Below, in pieces: positions 1 to 12,900 of a DNA stretch of 64,000 nucleotides (its first letter is position 1; every line of letters starts with the position of its first letter). Below the pieces are notes generated by a model. That model did no database searches, was not told the origin of the DNA, and saw nothing but the letters and a program-made list of their open reading frames with translations. The DNA comes from Octopus sinensis (taxonomy: Eukaryota): assembly GCF_006345805.1 (NCBI RefSeq), contig NC_042997.1, positions 194,618,001 to 194,682,000 on the forward strand, written 5' to 3'. The position numbers and the translations under genes were made by a program.

Positions 1-1335
1 GTGTGGGCGGGTGGAGCCTATCAGGAGGGGAGAAGGGTAGTGGAGGAGTTGGGGTGGTGACGTCGGGTGTGGTGGAATAGAGGAGTGATTGGAGTTTAAG
101 AAGTTTGGTATTGGAAAGAAATTGATGGAAGAGGTGATTCAAATGGATAATGAAGCGTAGCGTGTTTGGAGCATGGAAAGGCGGCAGAGAGGAGAAAAAT
201 GTGGAAAAAGCAGGAGGGAGGAGGCAGTCGATGGCATGTAGTTTAGAGAGATTGGAGCAAATGGTGGAACGCATAAGGCGGTAAGATGTGGTGCAGAGTA
301 TGGGTAAGATGGAAGAAGCTGAGTGGAGAGCAGGGTGGAAATGTAGGTGGAAACCTTTAGGGATGAGTCGGTGATGTAGGCAGCGGCTTAGAAAAGAGAC
401 GTGGCTAGAGAAGCGGGTTTTTTTAAAAAGAAGCAGAGAGAGATTAATGGACGGCTGAAAGCAGTTTGGAGGGAGTAGGATGAGGTAATCTTTCAAACGG
501 TGGTGGATAGTGAGGAGGTAAGATTTGTAATCCGGCATGGTGGAATAGTGGAAAAAAAAGAGAAAAAAGAAAAAAAGAGAAAGAAAAGGGGGGGGAAACA
601 AACGTTCGAAAAAAACTAGATAAAAAAAAGGCAGTAGGGGCAGAAAATAATGGCGGAGAAGATGGGACAAATGGGAAAAGGAAAGAAAGGAAGCAGAGAG
701 AGAGGGGGAGGCAAAAAAGGGGGTGCAGGCAGAGGAAACAGAGTATGGACATCCAGAGAAGAAGGAAACGACAGGAGGACAAAAAATGCAGGAAATTGTG
801 GAAAGTATGAAATGAATGTAAAAAAAGATAATATAAGAGAAAATAAAATAAAATGAACGGGACAGTTTATACGAACAAGTTCAAGGTAAAAAATGTTTAG
901 ACGTCGTGGTATATTTTTTAAGGATTTCACATCAATAACCAAGTCACTTTGATCCGTGAAGGAGAGGTGCGGCCGGTGGTAAGTATCCAAGAGGTGAAGA
1001 AAATCCAATGCAGAGGTACTAGTTGATAGTGGTGTTGGTAGAATATAGGATGAAAGTGAGACCACATGAGCGCGTAATATATAACGGGAAGCTTTATGAA
1101 AATAAACAAAAGACGGAGGCAGGTGGAGTACAAACAAACAATTGTATTAGTATGGCGCTCAGAAATATAAATAAAACAAGTCTTTTACATTTCGAGCCTA
1201 CGCTCTTCAACAGAAAGATACACAGAAAAGAAACACGGAGAGAAACAAGGAGAGAAAAAAAATGCGTGCAGAAGCTAAGGATTCAACATGGCGAACTGAT
1301 TCTGGCCAGAAGTCAGAGATCAAACGTGAGATGCA
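1..1335 (-). mobile_element. 5' end of a Penelope-like element (terminal repeat plus start of ORF, running off the window)
   Basis: 840-1330 is the reverse complement of the repeat unit at 9315-9765. The minus strand of about 200-420 reads SFLSRCLHHRLIPKGFHLHFH, resembling a PLE N-terminus. Confidence 0.6.
1181..1218 (-). ncRNA. Minimal type I hammerhead ribozyme motif (CUGUUGA variant)
   Basis: Minus strand reads TCTTT-CTGTTGA-A-GAGC gtag GCTC-GAAA-TGTA-AAAGA; stems I and II pair. Confidence 0.6.
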
Positions 1336-1439
1336 AGAGCGAAAATAGGAGAGATAACAGGGTCAAATGACTTCGCCCCAACATAAGGGTGCGTGTGTGT
1401 ATGAGGGAGTATGTTGTGCGTATGAAAGGTCTGGACGTG

Positions 1440-1730
1440 TGTATGTACGATGTGATGTGTAATGTCGTATGGTGTAGTGTAGAGAGGGGAAATGAGGGGG
1501 AGAGTGAGAGTGGAGGGGAGATGAGGGGGAGAAGGAAAGAGGAGGGAGGAGAGGAAGGTGAGTGAGGAGGGTGAGATGAGGGTGAGGGGGAGATGAGAGG
1601 GGGAAGGGGGAGAAGGAAAGAGAAGAGGGAGGAGGAGGGGGATGGGAAAGGAGGGGATAATAACAATACCAATAATATAGGTAGTATAGATAAAAGTATG
1701 GTAGGTGATGATGGTGAGGATGGATTAATA
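1440..1730. repeat. Purine-rich (GA/GGA) low-complexity tract
   Basis: Visible GAG/GGA-rich sequence; explains spurious Pro/Ser-rich minus-strand ORFs. Confidence 0.8.
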
Positions 1731-1832
1731 ATAGTAACCCTAATTTGCATAACGACGTGATTACTAATAATGAAAGTAATATTAATACTGACAATAATTT
1801 AAATAACAGTAATGTAAGTGAACTGTCCTTAA

Positions 1833-3960
1833 CCCCTTAGTGTTCAAACCGGCCGTAGCCGGCCAAAATGAATTCCCCTTTATTTGTTCAAACCGGCCGT
1901 ACCGACCGCTCTACGAAATCGTTGAAAGAATAAACAAATCACGTTATTAAATTCTCGTAGCTTTGAGATAATGCAAGATGAAGCCTTTCCCGCCTTTATT
2001 CAAGTATAAATACTGTGAAATTGTTTAGACCACATGGTTATTTCCACGTTTGAAGAGAACTGTATATGTTTGTTGTGAAAGAAATGGCATCAGCAAGTAG
2101 CGATTCTGATTTTGAAGGTTTTACTATTGAGGATATTGAAGATAATAGAAATATTAAAATTACTAAAAGAGAACAACGGCAGCGTTTCCGGAAAATAATA
2201 GTTATCGCCATACTAATATGGCATTCTTATAAAAATAAGAATAAAGCTGTCCGCTTATTAGCTCCATGAGGCCATTGCCTTAAGTTAGCTATTTGATACA
2301 CAAACTGTATCCATATAACCTTCGAACAAGGGAGGTCAGTCGCTCCACACTACTTGACCGGCAGCTATCAACGAAAACAAAAGTATTTTGACTTCGGATG
2401 AATCTGATATTGATATCAGTGATTACTCATCGGACAAAGAAGATTTCGATAACGAAAGTGAAGAAAATGAAAGTCATGAAAACGATAGTGTACACCAGGC
2501 AACATGGTCGAAAATTACGACACCAGTCACAATTTCTGATTTTACAGAAAACACTGGTCCACAACACAATTTACCTCCTGATGCTCAACCACTGGACTAT
2601 CTGTTTTTATTTTTGCCGGAAAGTTTTTTTGAAAATGTTGCGGAGGAAACGAACAAATATGCGTAACATTTAATTTCTGTTCGAGGAAGAAACGATCCGC
2701 TATGGCAGCCAACTAATACTGCGGAAATGAGAGCATTTTTCACAATTAACATTATGTTTGGAACTATTGGAGTCCCAATGTAAGGTATGGCAACCTATAT
2801 ATTTCGAGCATCATGTCGAAGACGAGGTATTCGAAAATATCTCAGTATTTACATTTAACTGATTCTTCCAATGCCTCCAACAAAAACGACCTAAACTACG
2901 ATCCCCTGTACAAAGCATGTCCCGTGATAGATTTACTTGTAAATAATTATAAAACTGCTTATTTACCTGGGAAAAATCTCAGTGTAGATGAAGCCATGAT
3001 AGGATTTAAGGGCAGAGTACATTTTCGGCAGTACATGCCTGCCAAACCTACTAAATGGGGGATCAAGGTATGGGAAGTTTGTGAATCTGAGACGGGATAC
3101 TGTGTAAACTTCGATGTTTACACAGGTAAGAAGTATAATGGGAAAAGACCGCATGGATTGGGACATGATGTTGTATGGTCCCTTACACAACCTTTTCACC
3201 ATCAGCACCGACACCTCTATTTCGATCGTTTTTTTTCTTCAGTGGCTTTGGCTGAAAATCTTGCCCGTGTAAGCACTTACATGTGCAGTACTGTTATGGG
3301 AAACCGTAAAGGTTTACCCCATGAAATAAAAACAAAATTTTAAAAAAAGAGGGGACAAATGCAAAAACAAAATTTATTAGTTACTGCATTTAAAGACAAA
3401 AGACAGATTTTATTTCGGTCTTCTAACGAACAACCTGGTGTTGGGGCTGAGGGGAAACCACTTGTGAATATTTGTTACAACAAATATATGGGTGGGGTAG
3501 ACAAATCCGACCAATATCGGGCATATTACCCAGTTGGTCGACCTGGGAAGAAATGGAGGTACATTTTGTGGTTTTTAGTTAATTTAACTATAGTAAATGC
3601 ACACATTGTATACGTAAAAAGCCACAAAGTACCTCCGCCACCGAAAGACTACGACCACTTGAAATTTCGGGTTGACATCGCATCTCAGTTACGTGAGGGC
3701 TTATCTTCTAGAAAGCACAGAACTGGGAGAAAAGCAAAATTAACTGAGGTGGATGTCAACAGAGAAAATATTGACTTTCATCAAATGGAAAAAATAAATG
3801 GAAGGAAAAAAGTGTGCAGACTGTGTTCACAGCAAAACAGAAAAACTGCGAAAGGGTACCAGATCAAGACCTCGTATATGTGTTCATTTTGCCAAGTGCC
3901 CTTGTGTAAAGGGTGCTTTGGACAATTTCACGACAGAAATATGCCATAAATGTATAATTT
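1833..3960 (+). mobile_element. piggyBac DNA transposon with disrupted transposase; left TIR present, right TIR not found
   Basis: TTAA (1829-1832) is followed by CCCCTTAGTGTTCAAACCGGCC. ORF pieces 2388-3949 contain LSVDEAMIGFKGR..MPAKPTKWGIKVW, HLYFDRFFSS, YNKYMGGVDKSDQ and a C-terminal Cys-rich CRLC...CSFCQVPLCKGCF domain, with stops and frameshifts. Confidence 0.92.
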
Positions 3961-4355
3961 TGCATATTCCTTTTAATTTTATAATATAATATGTGAAAGT
4001 GAGAACTACATATTAATTTTCAGTATGTTACACACCTGTATTCACCTTTGTCTCACCTGTTAATGAGATTTTTTTTTATTAGATGCATTGTTACGTGAAT
4101 GAATTCATTAAATTGTATAAGAGTACATAGCAAATGGTATATTGACTAGTAAAAGAGTTTTGTACTTTCTTTTCAATGACGACATTTGAACGAAATATAG
4201 AAAAAGAGTAAAAGCTTGTACCAATTACACCTGTATTTTAATTAATTCAAATTAATGTACCTCATCTTGAAAAATGTAAAGTTGTTGGCCGTTGACATCT
4301 GGGATAATTTTAGCAGCAAACCAAACAGGTAAGATGTATTAAGAATATGAATTTT

Positions 4356-4744
4356 AGTTACATTGTAAGCAGACTTAAAGTGTTTTCTAATGATTCCCCT
4401 ACCCCCTTCCTCCCATAATGTCCTTATTTGGGCGGTTTCTGCTTCACTGACTTCTTTTGCGACTTCTTTTAGCCACTATAGCCAATCTCTTCTTCCAACA
4501 ACTTTGTTGTGAAATGAATAGATGTGTGATCAACATCTTTTCCTCATACATCAGGAAATTACATCTGCATTATTATGGATACATTCATCTTCTCTGTGAA
4601 TAAAATCTTTCCTCATATCTCCGGAAATTACACCTGCATTATTATGGATGGATTTACCTTCTCTGAGAAGCTAACAATCTTTTTAAAAACCTTTTATAAA
4701 ACTGTGCATCATTAGAAAACACTAAGTCTGCTTACAATCTAACT
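4356..4744. mobile_element. MITE with about 38-bp terminal inverted repeats (possibly Merlin-derived)
   Basis: AGTTACATTGTAAGCAGACTTAAAGTGTTTTCTAATGAT is inverted at 4708-4744. Flanks ATGAATTTT / TTGAATTTC resemble a decayed 9-bp TSD. Internal ~65-bp direct repeat. Confidence 0.7.
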
Positions 4745-4938
4745 TTGAATTTCATAGAACTCTCTTCGATACTTCATGAGTGTAGCCTCACTCCCCAGGA
4801 TGTTTGGAAAACTCATATGTGTTTTGGCTGATGAATACGGGACATTTGTATTTGCTGCAATATTTGCAGCTTTAAATAAATCTGTTCTTCGTATGAAACA
4901 ATTGTACTGAACTAATACATTCTTGTTGCTTTTTTCTC

Positions 4939-4939
<1 letters not shown>

Positions 4940-4998
<59 letters not shown>
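4940..4998. repeat. (TA)n microsatellite
   Basis: Direct observation. Confidence 0.95.
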
Positions 4999-4999
<1 letters not shown>

Positions 5000-5002
<3 letters not shown>

Positions 5003-5760
5003 CTAATTACATCAACAGAATTGCCATGCCAAAAGAGTACAACTTGAAAAGACATTATCAAACAAACCATCATTGTTATGATAAATATGAAGGTCCAATG
5101 CATGTTTTAAGACTCAAAGAGTTGAAGAATTGATGCAGCAACAGACTTGTTTTACAAAAATCAGAAATGGAATGTCAATTCTGTTACTGCAGACTATGAA
5201 CTCAGCTGAATGATTGCCATTAATGGGAAATCTTACAGCGAAGATTTCGTAAAGCAATGCTTTGTAAAAACAGCTAAAATTATGTGTCCAGAGAAAGCAC
5301 TCTTATTCAGAGATATTTAATTAACCAGGAACACTGTTGCTGAATGGATTGATGAAATGTCAGGTGATTTGAAACAACAGTTGAAAGCCACATTTTTCCA
5401 TACCTATTGATGAGACCGTTGACATCACTGAAATAGCACAGCCTGAGGTCTCTTCATCAGGGCCTGTGACAATAACTGACTGAACTGATCCGCATGCATG
5501 ACACTACAACAAGCCAGGACATCTTTGAGAAAGTTGAAATAGTTTTGATTTGAGTAAACTTGCATGCTTATTTATTAATGGCACAGCAAATAAGATTGGC
5601 AGACATAATGGTGTTGCCACCAAGTTACAAACTGAAATAGACAATTTGCATCCAGATTCGTTATTTGCACACACTAGCATTGGTGAGTCCTGCCAGGGCA
5701 CTTTTCACCCTCTTGGAGGCTAAAAGCCAGAATAGATTGTATTGAGATAATTACGGTATG
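5000..5760 (+). mobile_element. hAT transposase relic (GTF2IRD2/SPIN-like)
   Basis: Fragments translate to KSYSEDFVKQCFVKTAKIMCPEK, TRNTVAEWIDEMSGDLKQQLK and FSIPIDETVDITEIAQ. Confidence 0.75.
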
Positions 5761-6229
5761 CAATAATTCCGGATATAAAAAAAAAAATACTGGAAATGCA
5801 CGATAATTTGAAAATCTTCCATATGGGAAAATAAATTTTAGTTTCACATCAGGAACATTTCTCTCTATTTCCAATGCAAATCCCTACTCATGAAGATTTT
5901 GAACTCACAGCCCCAAAAACGTTTTCTTACACAACCAGAGTTTTTGTTAAGTTTATTCCATGTCATAAATATGTCTGTTTATACAATGCAGAATTGGACA
6001 GTATTTGAGCTGCATCCAATCTGTTACCAACGGTTATAGATTACACTCCGATATAAGGACGGTGTAATGTAGGTTTTAATAAATAGTGCGCATTATACAT
6101 ATTTTGTAATTCATATTATTTTCATTACAAAACCTATATGTTTTCCTTATCACCCAACATGTAAAATCCAGTTGTCTGGTATCAGGATGCTGTCTAGCCC
6201 AAAACGTAATATTCAAATGTACAGTAGTG

Positions 6230-6510
6230 ACTTGAACTAATAATTATATTTATTTCGGTTGTTCTGTAAATTTTAAAAAATGTATATATAATCATATATC
6301 ATCCTTCAAACTTAAGCATAAGGCAAATTGCACAACATTATCCAATAAAATTTGGGAATTAAAAGAAACTAGAATTAGATTTAGCCTTAAATGGGACATA
6401 GTAAGGAAAGTGCAACCTTATAGAAATAGTAGATATTGGTGTGAGCTCTGCTCCTTGGAGATTTATGAAATTTGTTAAAAGGATAATGTAAACCTGTTAA
6501 ATGACAGTTT
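6230..6510 (+). mobile_element. Penelope-like element GIY-YIG end fragment
   Basis: Translates SFKLKHKANCTTLSNKIWELKETRIRFSLKWDIVRKVQPYRNSRYWCELC, homologous to the PLE end at 12400-12801. Confidence 0.7.
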
Positions 6511-6779
6511 AGAACTGGGGGCATCATGTATACATAGTACTACCCGTACCTTCAAATATTTTAGAAAATAACATTCGTGGGAATGGGCCAGAAGAAGAAG
6601 GCCATGATGTCAATGACCAAGGGACTGACCAGAAGAGGAAGTGATAGAAGGCAAGTGCAGGGTGGGGGTGCAAGAAAGGGTTGTCCTTTTGGCCAGCCAA
6701 GGCATCATTAATGGTTCAGCAACTAGTGTGGACTGGAGATCATTTTGTTCCAAAGCCATGGAAAAGTGGCTTCGATCTC

Positions 6780-6900
6780 AGAACCGATTGGCTGCGAATC
6801 AAAGTTGAAATTGATGAGTCTTTGATTGTGTGTCATAAGCACAGGAGGGGTCGAATTCTGAGCCAAGTTTGGAACAGAGCGAACCAGTAAGCATCGTTTT
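6780..6900 (+). mobile_element. Merlin (IS1595-like) transposase fragment
   Basis: KVEIDESLIVCHKHRRGR matches the Merlin VEIDES..RKYNRGR motif. Confidence 0.6.
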
Positions 6901-7621
6901 CATGTGCCTCTTAATAAGAAGTGTGACAAAGCATTTCTGAAAAGGAAGCACAAATCTGCATTAGTCCCATCCCCAAAATCTTTTAGTGGGTGCATTGAAT
7001 AGTTTCCCCGTCATCCTCAAAAACTTCATGGATGCGAAAACAAAAGCTGGCATCTATAACAATAGGTATGTAGAACATGTTTCTGTACTTTCTGTTTATT
7101 CATATAAGTCATTGAAATTATGCGCACACACACAAACACAAAAATTCTCCAGGCATTAGGCTGTTATTTTTAGGATAATGACATTCACAGTTTCAGTCAG
7201 AGTGGAGTTTTTCATAGAAAATTTGAGAGTGAAAGAAAAAAAATTTCCATATTCTTAATCTCTGTATTTTTCCACATACATTGAAAAGATTTAATATTGT
7301 AAAACTTTAGCAATAAATATGCAACTTTTATTCTCTCTCTCTCTCTCATACAAAGCTATGTTCATTTTAAATCACTTCCCTAGAGAAACAACATTCTCTC
7401 CACCACCACACACAAAACTTAGTTTGAGCGTGAAAGATTGTTTTGTATTTTTTTGTAAAACGCTGGTAAAAAGCTCAACTGGTCCAGCATAAAAGTGTGT
7501 CTTGTTGAGAATTAATCCATTTTATTGACAGCAAAGAGGTAAGTAGCAGTTTGTCTGAATCTTTACCTGTTGACATACATACCCATACATGCTATTATAC
7601 ATATATATATATGTACATATC

Positions 7622-7910
7622 ATCGTGATCGACCAGGCTATCAGATGTTGCTACACATCGCTGGTCACAATGTGCTTCGCATTGTTTTAGCCTTCAAATG
7701 ACACCACCCCGCTGGCTAAGCGAGCAGGCCAACAGAAGAAAGAATGAGAGAAAGTTGTGGCGAAAGAGTACAGCAGGGATCGCCACCAATCCCTGCCGGA
7801 GCATCATGGAGCTTTTTAGGTGTTTTCGCTCAATAAACACAACGCCTGTTCTGGGAATCAAAACCGCGATCCTACGACCGCAAGTCCGCTGCTCTAACCA
7901 CTAGGCCATA
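7622..7910 (-). mobile_element. tRNA-Arg-derived SINE (octopus OR-type)
   Basis: Minus-strand tRNA-like head TGGCCTAGTGGTTAGAGCAGCGGACTTGCGG...; homologous copy at 45055-45340. Confidence 0.75.
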
Positions 7911-8384
7911 TATACACCAAATATACACTGTATATTCAATCATGAACCATGTAATTCACACTCTGGAAATTTTCTGTAAAATGTAGAGAGTGGGTAAAAT
8001 TTCCGAGGTTTCTACCTCATTCCACCCCGTTTTCCGAACCCCAAGAAATGTTTTGTAGCATATTAGGATGTCACAGGAAGTCATTCAAGGAAAAAAAAAA
8101 ATTCTTATGATTCCAGGATGGGAGTCCCCCCACCTTCGAAATAAGGGATCTGCATCATATTAGGTAAGGGTACTTGATTCCACACGAAAAGTAAGGCTAA
8201 TCTATGAATTAAAGTAGCTAAGAGGCCTGGTGCCCCTTTAAAATCCTTGATCAACAATACTTAGCCCTTTGACAAATCCCCCTGTATGGAGTACAATTGT
8301 ATGTAGGATGAACCGACAAGTTACCTGTAAGGTGAGGAATGTGGATGTACTGAGGAATGGTGCAGAAACATGACACCTACCTAC

Positions 8385-8725
8385 ATCATCATCATCGTTT
8401 AGCATCCGCTTTCCATGCTGGCATGGGTTGGACGGTTCAACTGGGGTCCGGGAGGCCAGAAGGCTGCACCAGGCCCAGTCTGATCTGGCAATGTTTCTAC
8501 AGCTCGATGCCCTGCCTAACGCTAACCACTCCGTGAGTGTAGTGGGTTCTTTTTACATGCCACCGGCACAGGGGCCAGACGTGGCTGGCAAACGGCCACG
8601 ATTAGATGGTGCTTTTTACGTGCCACTGGCACGGGGACCAGACGTGGCTGGCAACGGCCACAATCGGATTGTGCATTTTACGTGTCACCGGCACGGAGGC
8701 CAGTCGTGGCGGCGCTGGCAACGGT
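8385..8725 (-). mobile_element. SINE with Meta-domain-like core (GGAAGGGCATCCAGCTGTAGAAAC) and (GAT)n tail
   Basis: More than 10 homologous copies in the window; internal tandem units. Confidence 0.8.
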
Positions 8726-9254
8726 CACGTATAAAAAAGTTTACTAAACATAAATCTGCCACATTCCAATGATAAATGTAGGAGAGAGATAGTTTAAATA
8801 AATAAAACTTTATAAAGGGCATAGATACATATAAAGTGAACCCACACACAAACACATACAACTTCATGGACAGCCATAACAGTGTCAACACAACAAACAT
8901 GTCCAGCTGCAGCAGCTGTGGTGCCAGCAATGGCAATAACAACTACCATGATGGCAATACCATGGCCAAACACATACACAGAAGTATCCAGGAACTGTAC
9001 CCTTTTTTGGGGGGGTTAATACTCTCTTTTACTTGTTTCAGCCAGTTGACTGCGGCCATGCTGGAGCACCGCCTTTAGTCGAGCAACTCAACCCTGGGAC
9101 ATTCTTTGGAAGCCCAGTACTTATTCTATCAGTCTCTTTTGCCAAACCACCAAGTGATGGGGACGTAAACACACCAGCATCGGTTGTCAAGCAATGCTAG
9201 GGGGACAAACAGACATAAATATACACGCACACACACACATATATATATATATAT

Positions 9255-9317
<63 letters not shown>

Positions 9318-9626
9318 CATTGGCTGCACCTCTCTTTCGCGGATCAAAGTGACTTTGCATTGATGTGAAATCCTTAAAAAATATACCACGACGTCTACAC
9401 ATTTCTCACCTTGAACTTTCAACCTTGAACTTGTTCGCATAAACTGTCCCGTTTGTTGTATTTTTATTTTCTCTTATATTACCACTTTTTTTCTCCCCTT
9501 ATTTCGCTCTCGCGTCTCATGTTTGATCTTTGACCTCTGGCCGAAATCAGATCGCCATGTTGATTCGTTAGCTACTGCACGCATTTTTTTTCTCTCCTTC
9601 TTTCTGTGTTTTTCTCTCTCTGTGTA

Positions 9627-9664
9627 TCTTTCTGTTGAAGAGCGTAGGCTCGAAACGTTAAAGA
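9627..9664 (+). ncRNA. Minimal type I hammerhead ribozyme motif (CUGUUGA variant), copy 1
   Basis: TCTTT-CTGTTGA-A-GAGC gtag GCTC-GAAA-CGTT-AAAGA: stem I 5 bp, stem II 4 bp, palindromic AACGTT stem III. Confidence 0.7.
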
Positions 9665-9774
9665 CTTGTTTTATTTATATTTCCTGAGCGCCATACTAAT
9701 ACAATTGTTCGTTTGTTTTCCACCTGCCTTCGTCTTTTGTTTATTTTCATAAAGCTTCCCGTTATATATATATA

Positions 9775-9817
<43 letters not shown>

Positions 9818-10136
9818 ATTGGCTGCACCTCTCTTTCGCGGATCAAAGTGACTTTGCATTGATGTGAAATCCTTAAAAAATATACCACGACGTCTACACA
9901 TTTCTCACCTTGAACTTTCAACCTTGAACTTGTTCGCATAAACTGTCCCGTTTGTTGTATTTTTATTTTCTCTTATATTACCACTTTTTTTAACCCTATT
10001 ATCTCCCCTTATTTCGCTCTCGCGTCTCATGTTTGATCTTTGACCTCTGGCCGAAATCAGATCGCCATGTTGATTCGTTAGCTACTGCACGCATTTTTTT
10101 TCTCTCCTTCTTTCTGTGTTTTTCTCTCTCTGTGTA

Positions 10137-10174
10137 TCTTTCTGTTGAAGAGCGTAGGCTCGAAACGTTAAAGA
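10137..10174 (+). ncRNA. Minimal type I hammerhead ribozyme motif (CUGUUGA variant), copy 2
   Basis: Identical to the copy at 9627-9664. Confidence 0.7.
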
Positions 10175-10271
10175 CTTGTTTTATTTATATTTCCTGAGCG
10201 CCATACTAATACAATTGTTCGTTTGTTTTCCACCTGCCTTCGTCTTTTGTTTATTTTCATAAAGCTTCCCG

Positions 10272-10327
<56 letters not shown>

Positions 10328-11046
10328 GACGGGCTTCTTTCAGTTTCCGTCTACCAAATCCACTCACAAGGCTTTGGTCGGCCCAAGGCTATAGTAGAAG
10401 ACACTTGCCCAAGGTGCCACGCAGTGGAACTGAACCCGGAATCATGTGGTTGGTAAGCAAGCTACTTATCACACATTCATCCATTCCCTACACCTTTCAC
10501 ACACAATTTTTTTCTTCTCAGGCCTTAGGACAGCAGCAGCACATTGGGGTGAGAAGATGGGGCTGAGGGGAAGGCTACACTGGTGCATGCGCACATAAGG
10601 ATACACATCTGAAAAGAACAGAATGAAGTGGAGCAAGAACACAGAAATGAAAAGTGTCGCTGAAGAGGTCACAGATGTCTGACAAAAGGTGTCCAGACAA
10701 TGCACATAAAAATAAAACCAGTAAAAAATGAGTGAAGAAAAAATATATATTACTTCCGGTTTTAAAAAGGTTCGCATAAATCGATGAAATAATCTACTAA
10801 AAGTAACAAAACGTAGAACTTGTTAACTCATAAGGTCTACTAAAATACATTAATTAAAAATATATTAATTAAAAACATAATATATTTCGCTTGAAGCCAA
10901 TTATAATACAGTAAAGTTAGTTACGCATGCTAGAATCTTCGCCGAAAAAGCACGTGGTGGCAAGTCTTTAATTTATCTCCAGCCAAAAGTAAGAAGGAAA
11001 AAGAAGTTTTCTTTTCTGTTGTGACAAAACAAAAAATATTTACGCG

Positions 11047-12900
11047 GTGATTCCCGATACCTACAACAGACTAGCTGATAACGCCATCACAGCTAAGTAC
11101 AAAAAAGTTGATGACACGGCTTTAACTGAAACTAACTTAGCCGGGAAGAAGATCGCCACTTCCCTTAAACTGGATGACCGAACAGAACCTCTGAAGGTGA
11201 AGTCCCCACACTTCACCCTGAAAGACCACAAAAACAATTTCGACAATAAACCATCGGTCCGACTGATTAACCCAATCAAGTCTGACATTGGATCCGTCAG
11301 CAAGAAGATCCTGGACAGGATTATACCTAAAATACGTGAAGCCTCACCCCTTCCACTCTGGAATAGGACTTCCGAGGCAATAACTTGGTTCCGGGATTTA
11401 CCTGACAAGAGCAACACCCGCTTCCTACAATTAGATATCAAGGAATATTACGCCTCTATATCGGAGAGCCTGCTGATTGACGCGATTAACTTCGCTAGGA
11501 CCTTCTCCACCATCACCGAAGCCGAGCAGGATGTGATCCTCCATGCATGTAAGACCTTTCTTTACCATGACGGATCCCACTGGATCAACAATAAATCAGA
11601 GACCCCCTTCGACGTCAGCATGGGTGCTAGCGACTCGGCTGAAATAAGTGACCTTGTGGGCCTATTCATCCTCCATAGGTTGAAGACCCTATTCACAGGC
11701 CTCTCCGGTGGTCTCTACCGCGATGATGGCCTTTTTGCCCTCCACAAAATAAACCCCAGGACCACGGATGGGTTCCGGAAAAACCTTTACACTTTTTTTT
11801 AAAACTTAGGCCTTAGGATTACCTTAGATTCGAACTTAACCAAAGCTAACTTCCTTGACGTTACCCTCGATTTAGAACCCTCCCTTTATTACCCGCACCA
11901 TAAACCTAATGAATCCCTTAGATACATAGACATTAATTCTAACCACCCCAAAAATATATTAGACAACCTAGTGAAAAGTGTCTCCATTAGGATATCTAGC
12001 CTCTCTGCCACCGAGGATATCTTTAATGCCGCAGCCCCCTATTACGAGGCCCTGGCCCGCAGTGGCTTTAGAGATAAGATCACCTACATTAGCATAGCCC
12101 CTCGCCCACCCAAGAATAATAGGCGAAGACACATTAGCTGGTACAACACCCCCCTTCAACCGTGAAGTTTCAACACCTGTAGCTAAAATTTTCTTCACTC
12201 TCTTACAAAAACACTTCCCCACCCAACATAAGTACTATACAATCCTTAATAAGAACACCATTAGACTCTCCTACTCCACCACATCCAATCTAGCTAGGAA
12301 CCTAGCCAACAATAACGTCAAAAAACTTAAATCTACTTGTTCCGAAGCCCATCCAGCATCCAACAGCAACTGCAATTGCAACTGCCCTGATAAGACTACT
12401 TGCCCCTCAACAACAACTGCCTACAGAAAGATCTCGTCTACATATGTGATGTACGATCAGGCCCCGATGATAAAAGAAAACCGTACATCGGAATGACCTC
12501 AAATAGTTTTAAGACTCGCTGGTACGCCCACACACATTCGTTCCGGCGACTTGACAAATCTAACCAGACTACTCTCGCCGCCCACATCTGGCACCTTAAA
12601 AGGAACTCCATCCCCTTCAAGATCAAGTGGAGACTACTCCAGAGAGCTCGTTCTTACACGGGAGGCCATACTTGCTGTGACCTTTGCATTTCTGAGAGCT
12701 TGGAGATCTTATTCATCAAAGGCCCTCTCCTCAACAAGATCTCGGAACACTCCCCAAACCGTATGCACAAAATCTATGCAAACTACAAAAATTTTTGTTA
12801 GGCTGCGATCCATGACACACGTTTACTAATATCAGCTGATCGGAACCCTAACTCGATGCCATCTGACGGTGAGGAGTAAAACTACGTAATGCACATGATC
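11047..12900 (+). mobile_element. Penelope-like element: RT plus GIY-YIG endonuclease, 5'-truncated, one in-frame stop and one frameshift
   Basis: RT motifs LQLDIKEYYASI, VSMGASDSAEISDLVGLFIL and GGLYRDDGL; GIY-YIG KPYIGMTSNSFKTRWYAHTHSF. TAA at 11800-11802 is in frame with downstream NLGLRIT; frameshift near 12150. Confidence 0.92.

Larger units (their letters stand above)
9315..10275 (+). repeat. Two near-identical tandem copies of a Penelope-type terminal repeat, separated by (TA)n
   Basis: Units at about 9315-9765 and 9815-10275; each contains a hammerhead motif, and the motifs are 510 bp apart. Confidence 0.85.
9030..10490 (-). mobile_element. tRNA-derived SINE (OK-like) split at its internal (TA)n by a tandem PLE repeat insertion
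   Basis: The 3' half (9030-9240) and 5' half (10315-10490) together match the uninterrupted copy at 44455-44805. Confidence 0.75.

Noticed and set aside
444-1794. Long Pro/Ser/Leu/Phe-rich ORFs on the minus strand
   Set aside because: Products of GA-rich low-complexity sequence and PLE terminal repeats; no domain motifs.
7520-7545. Possible 7-nt microexon AG|CAAAGAG|GTAAGT
   Set aside because: No host gene or partner exons found on this strand nearby.
12856-12895. Hammerhead-like motif at the 3' end of the PLE (CTGACGG...AAAACTACGTA)
   Set aside because: Both core boxes are mutated and there is no convincing stem II.
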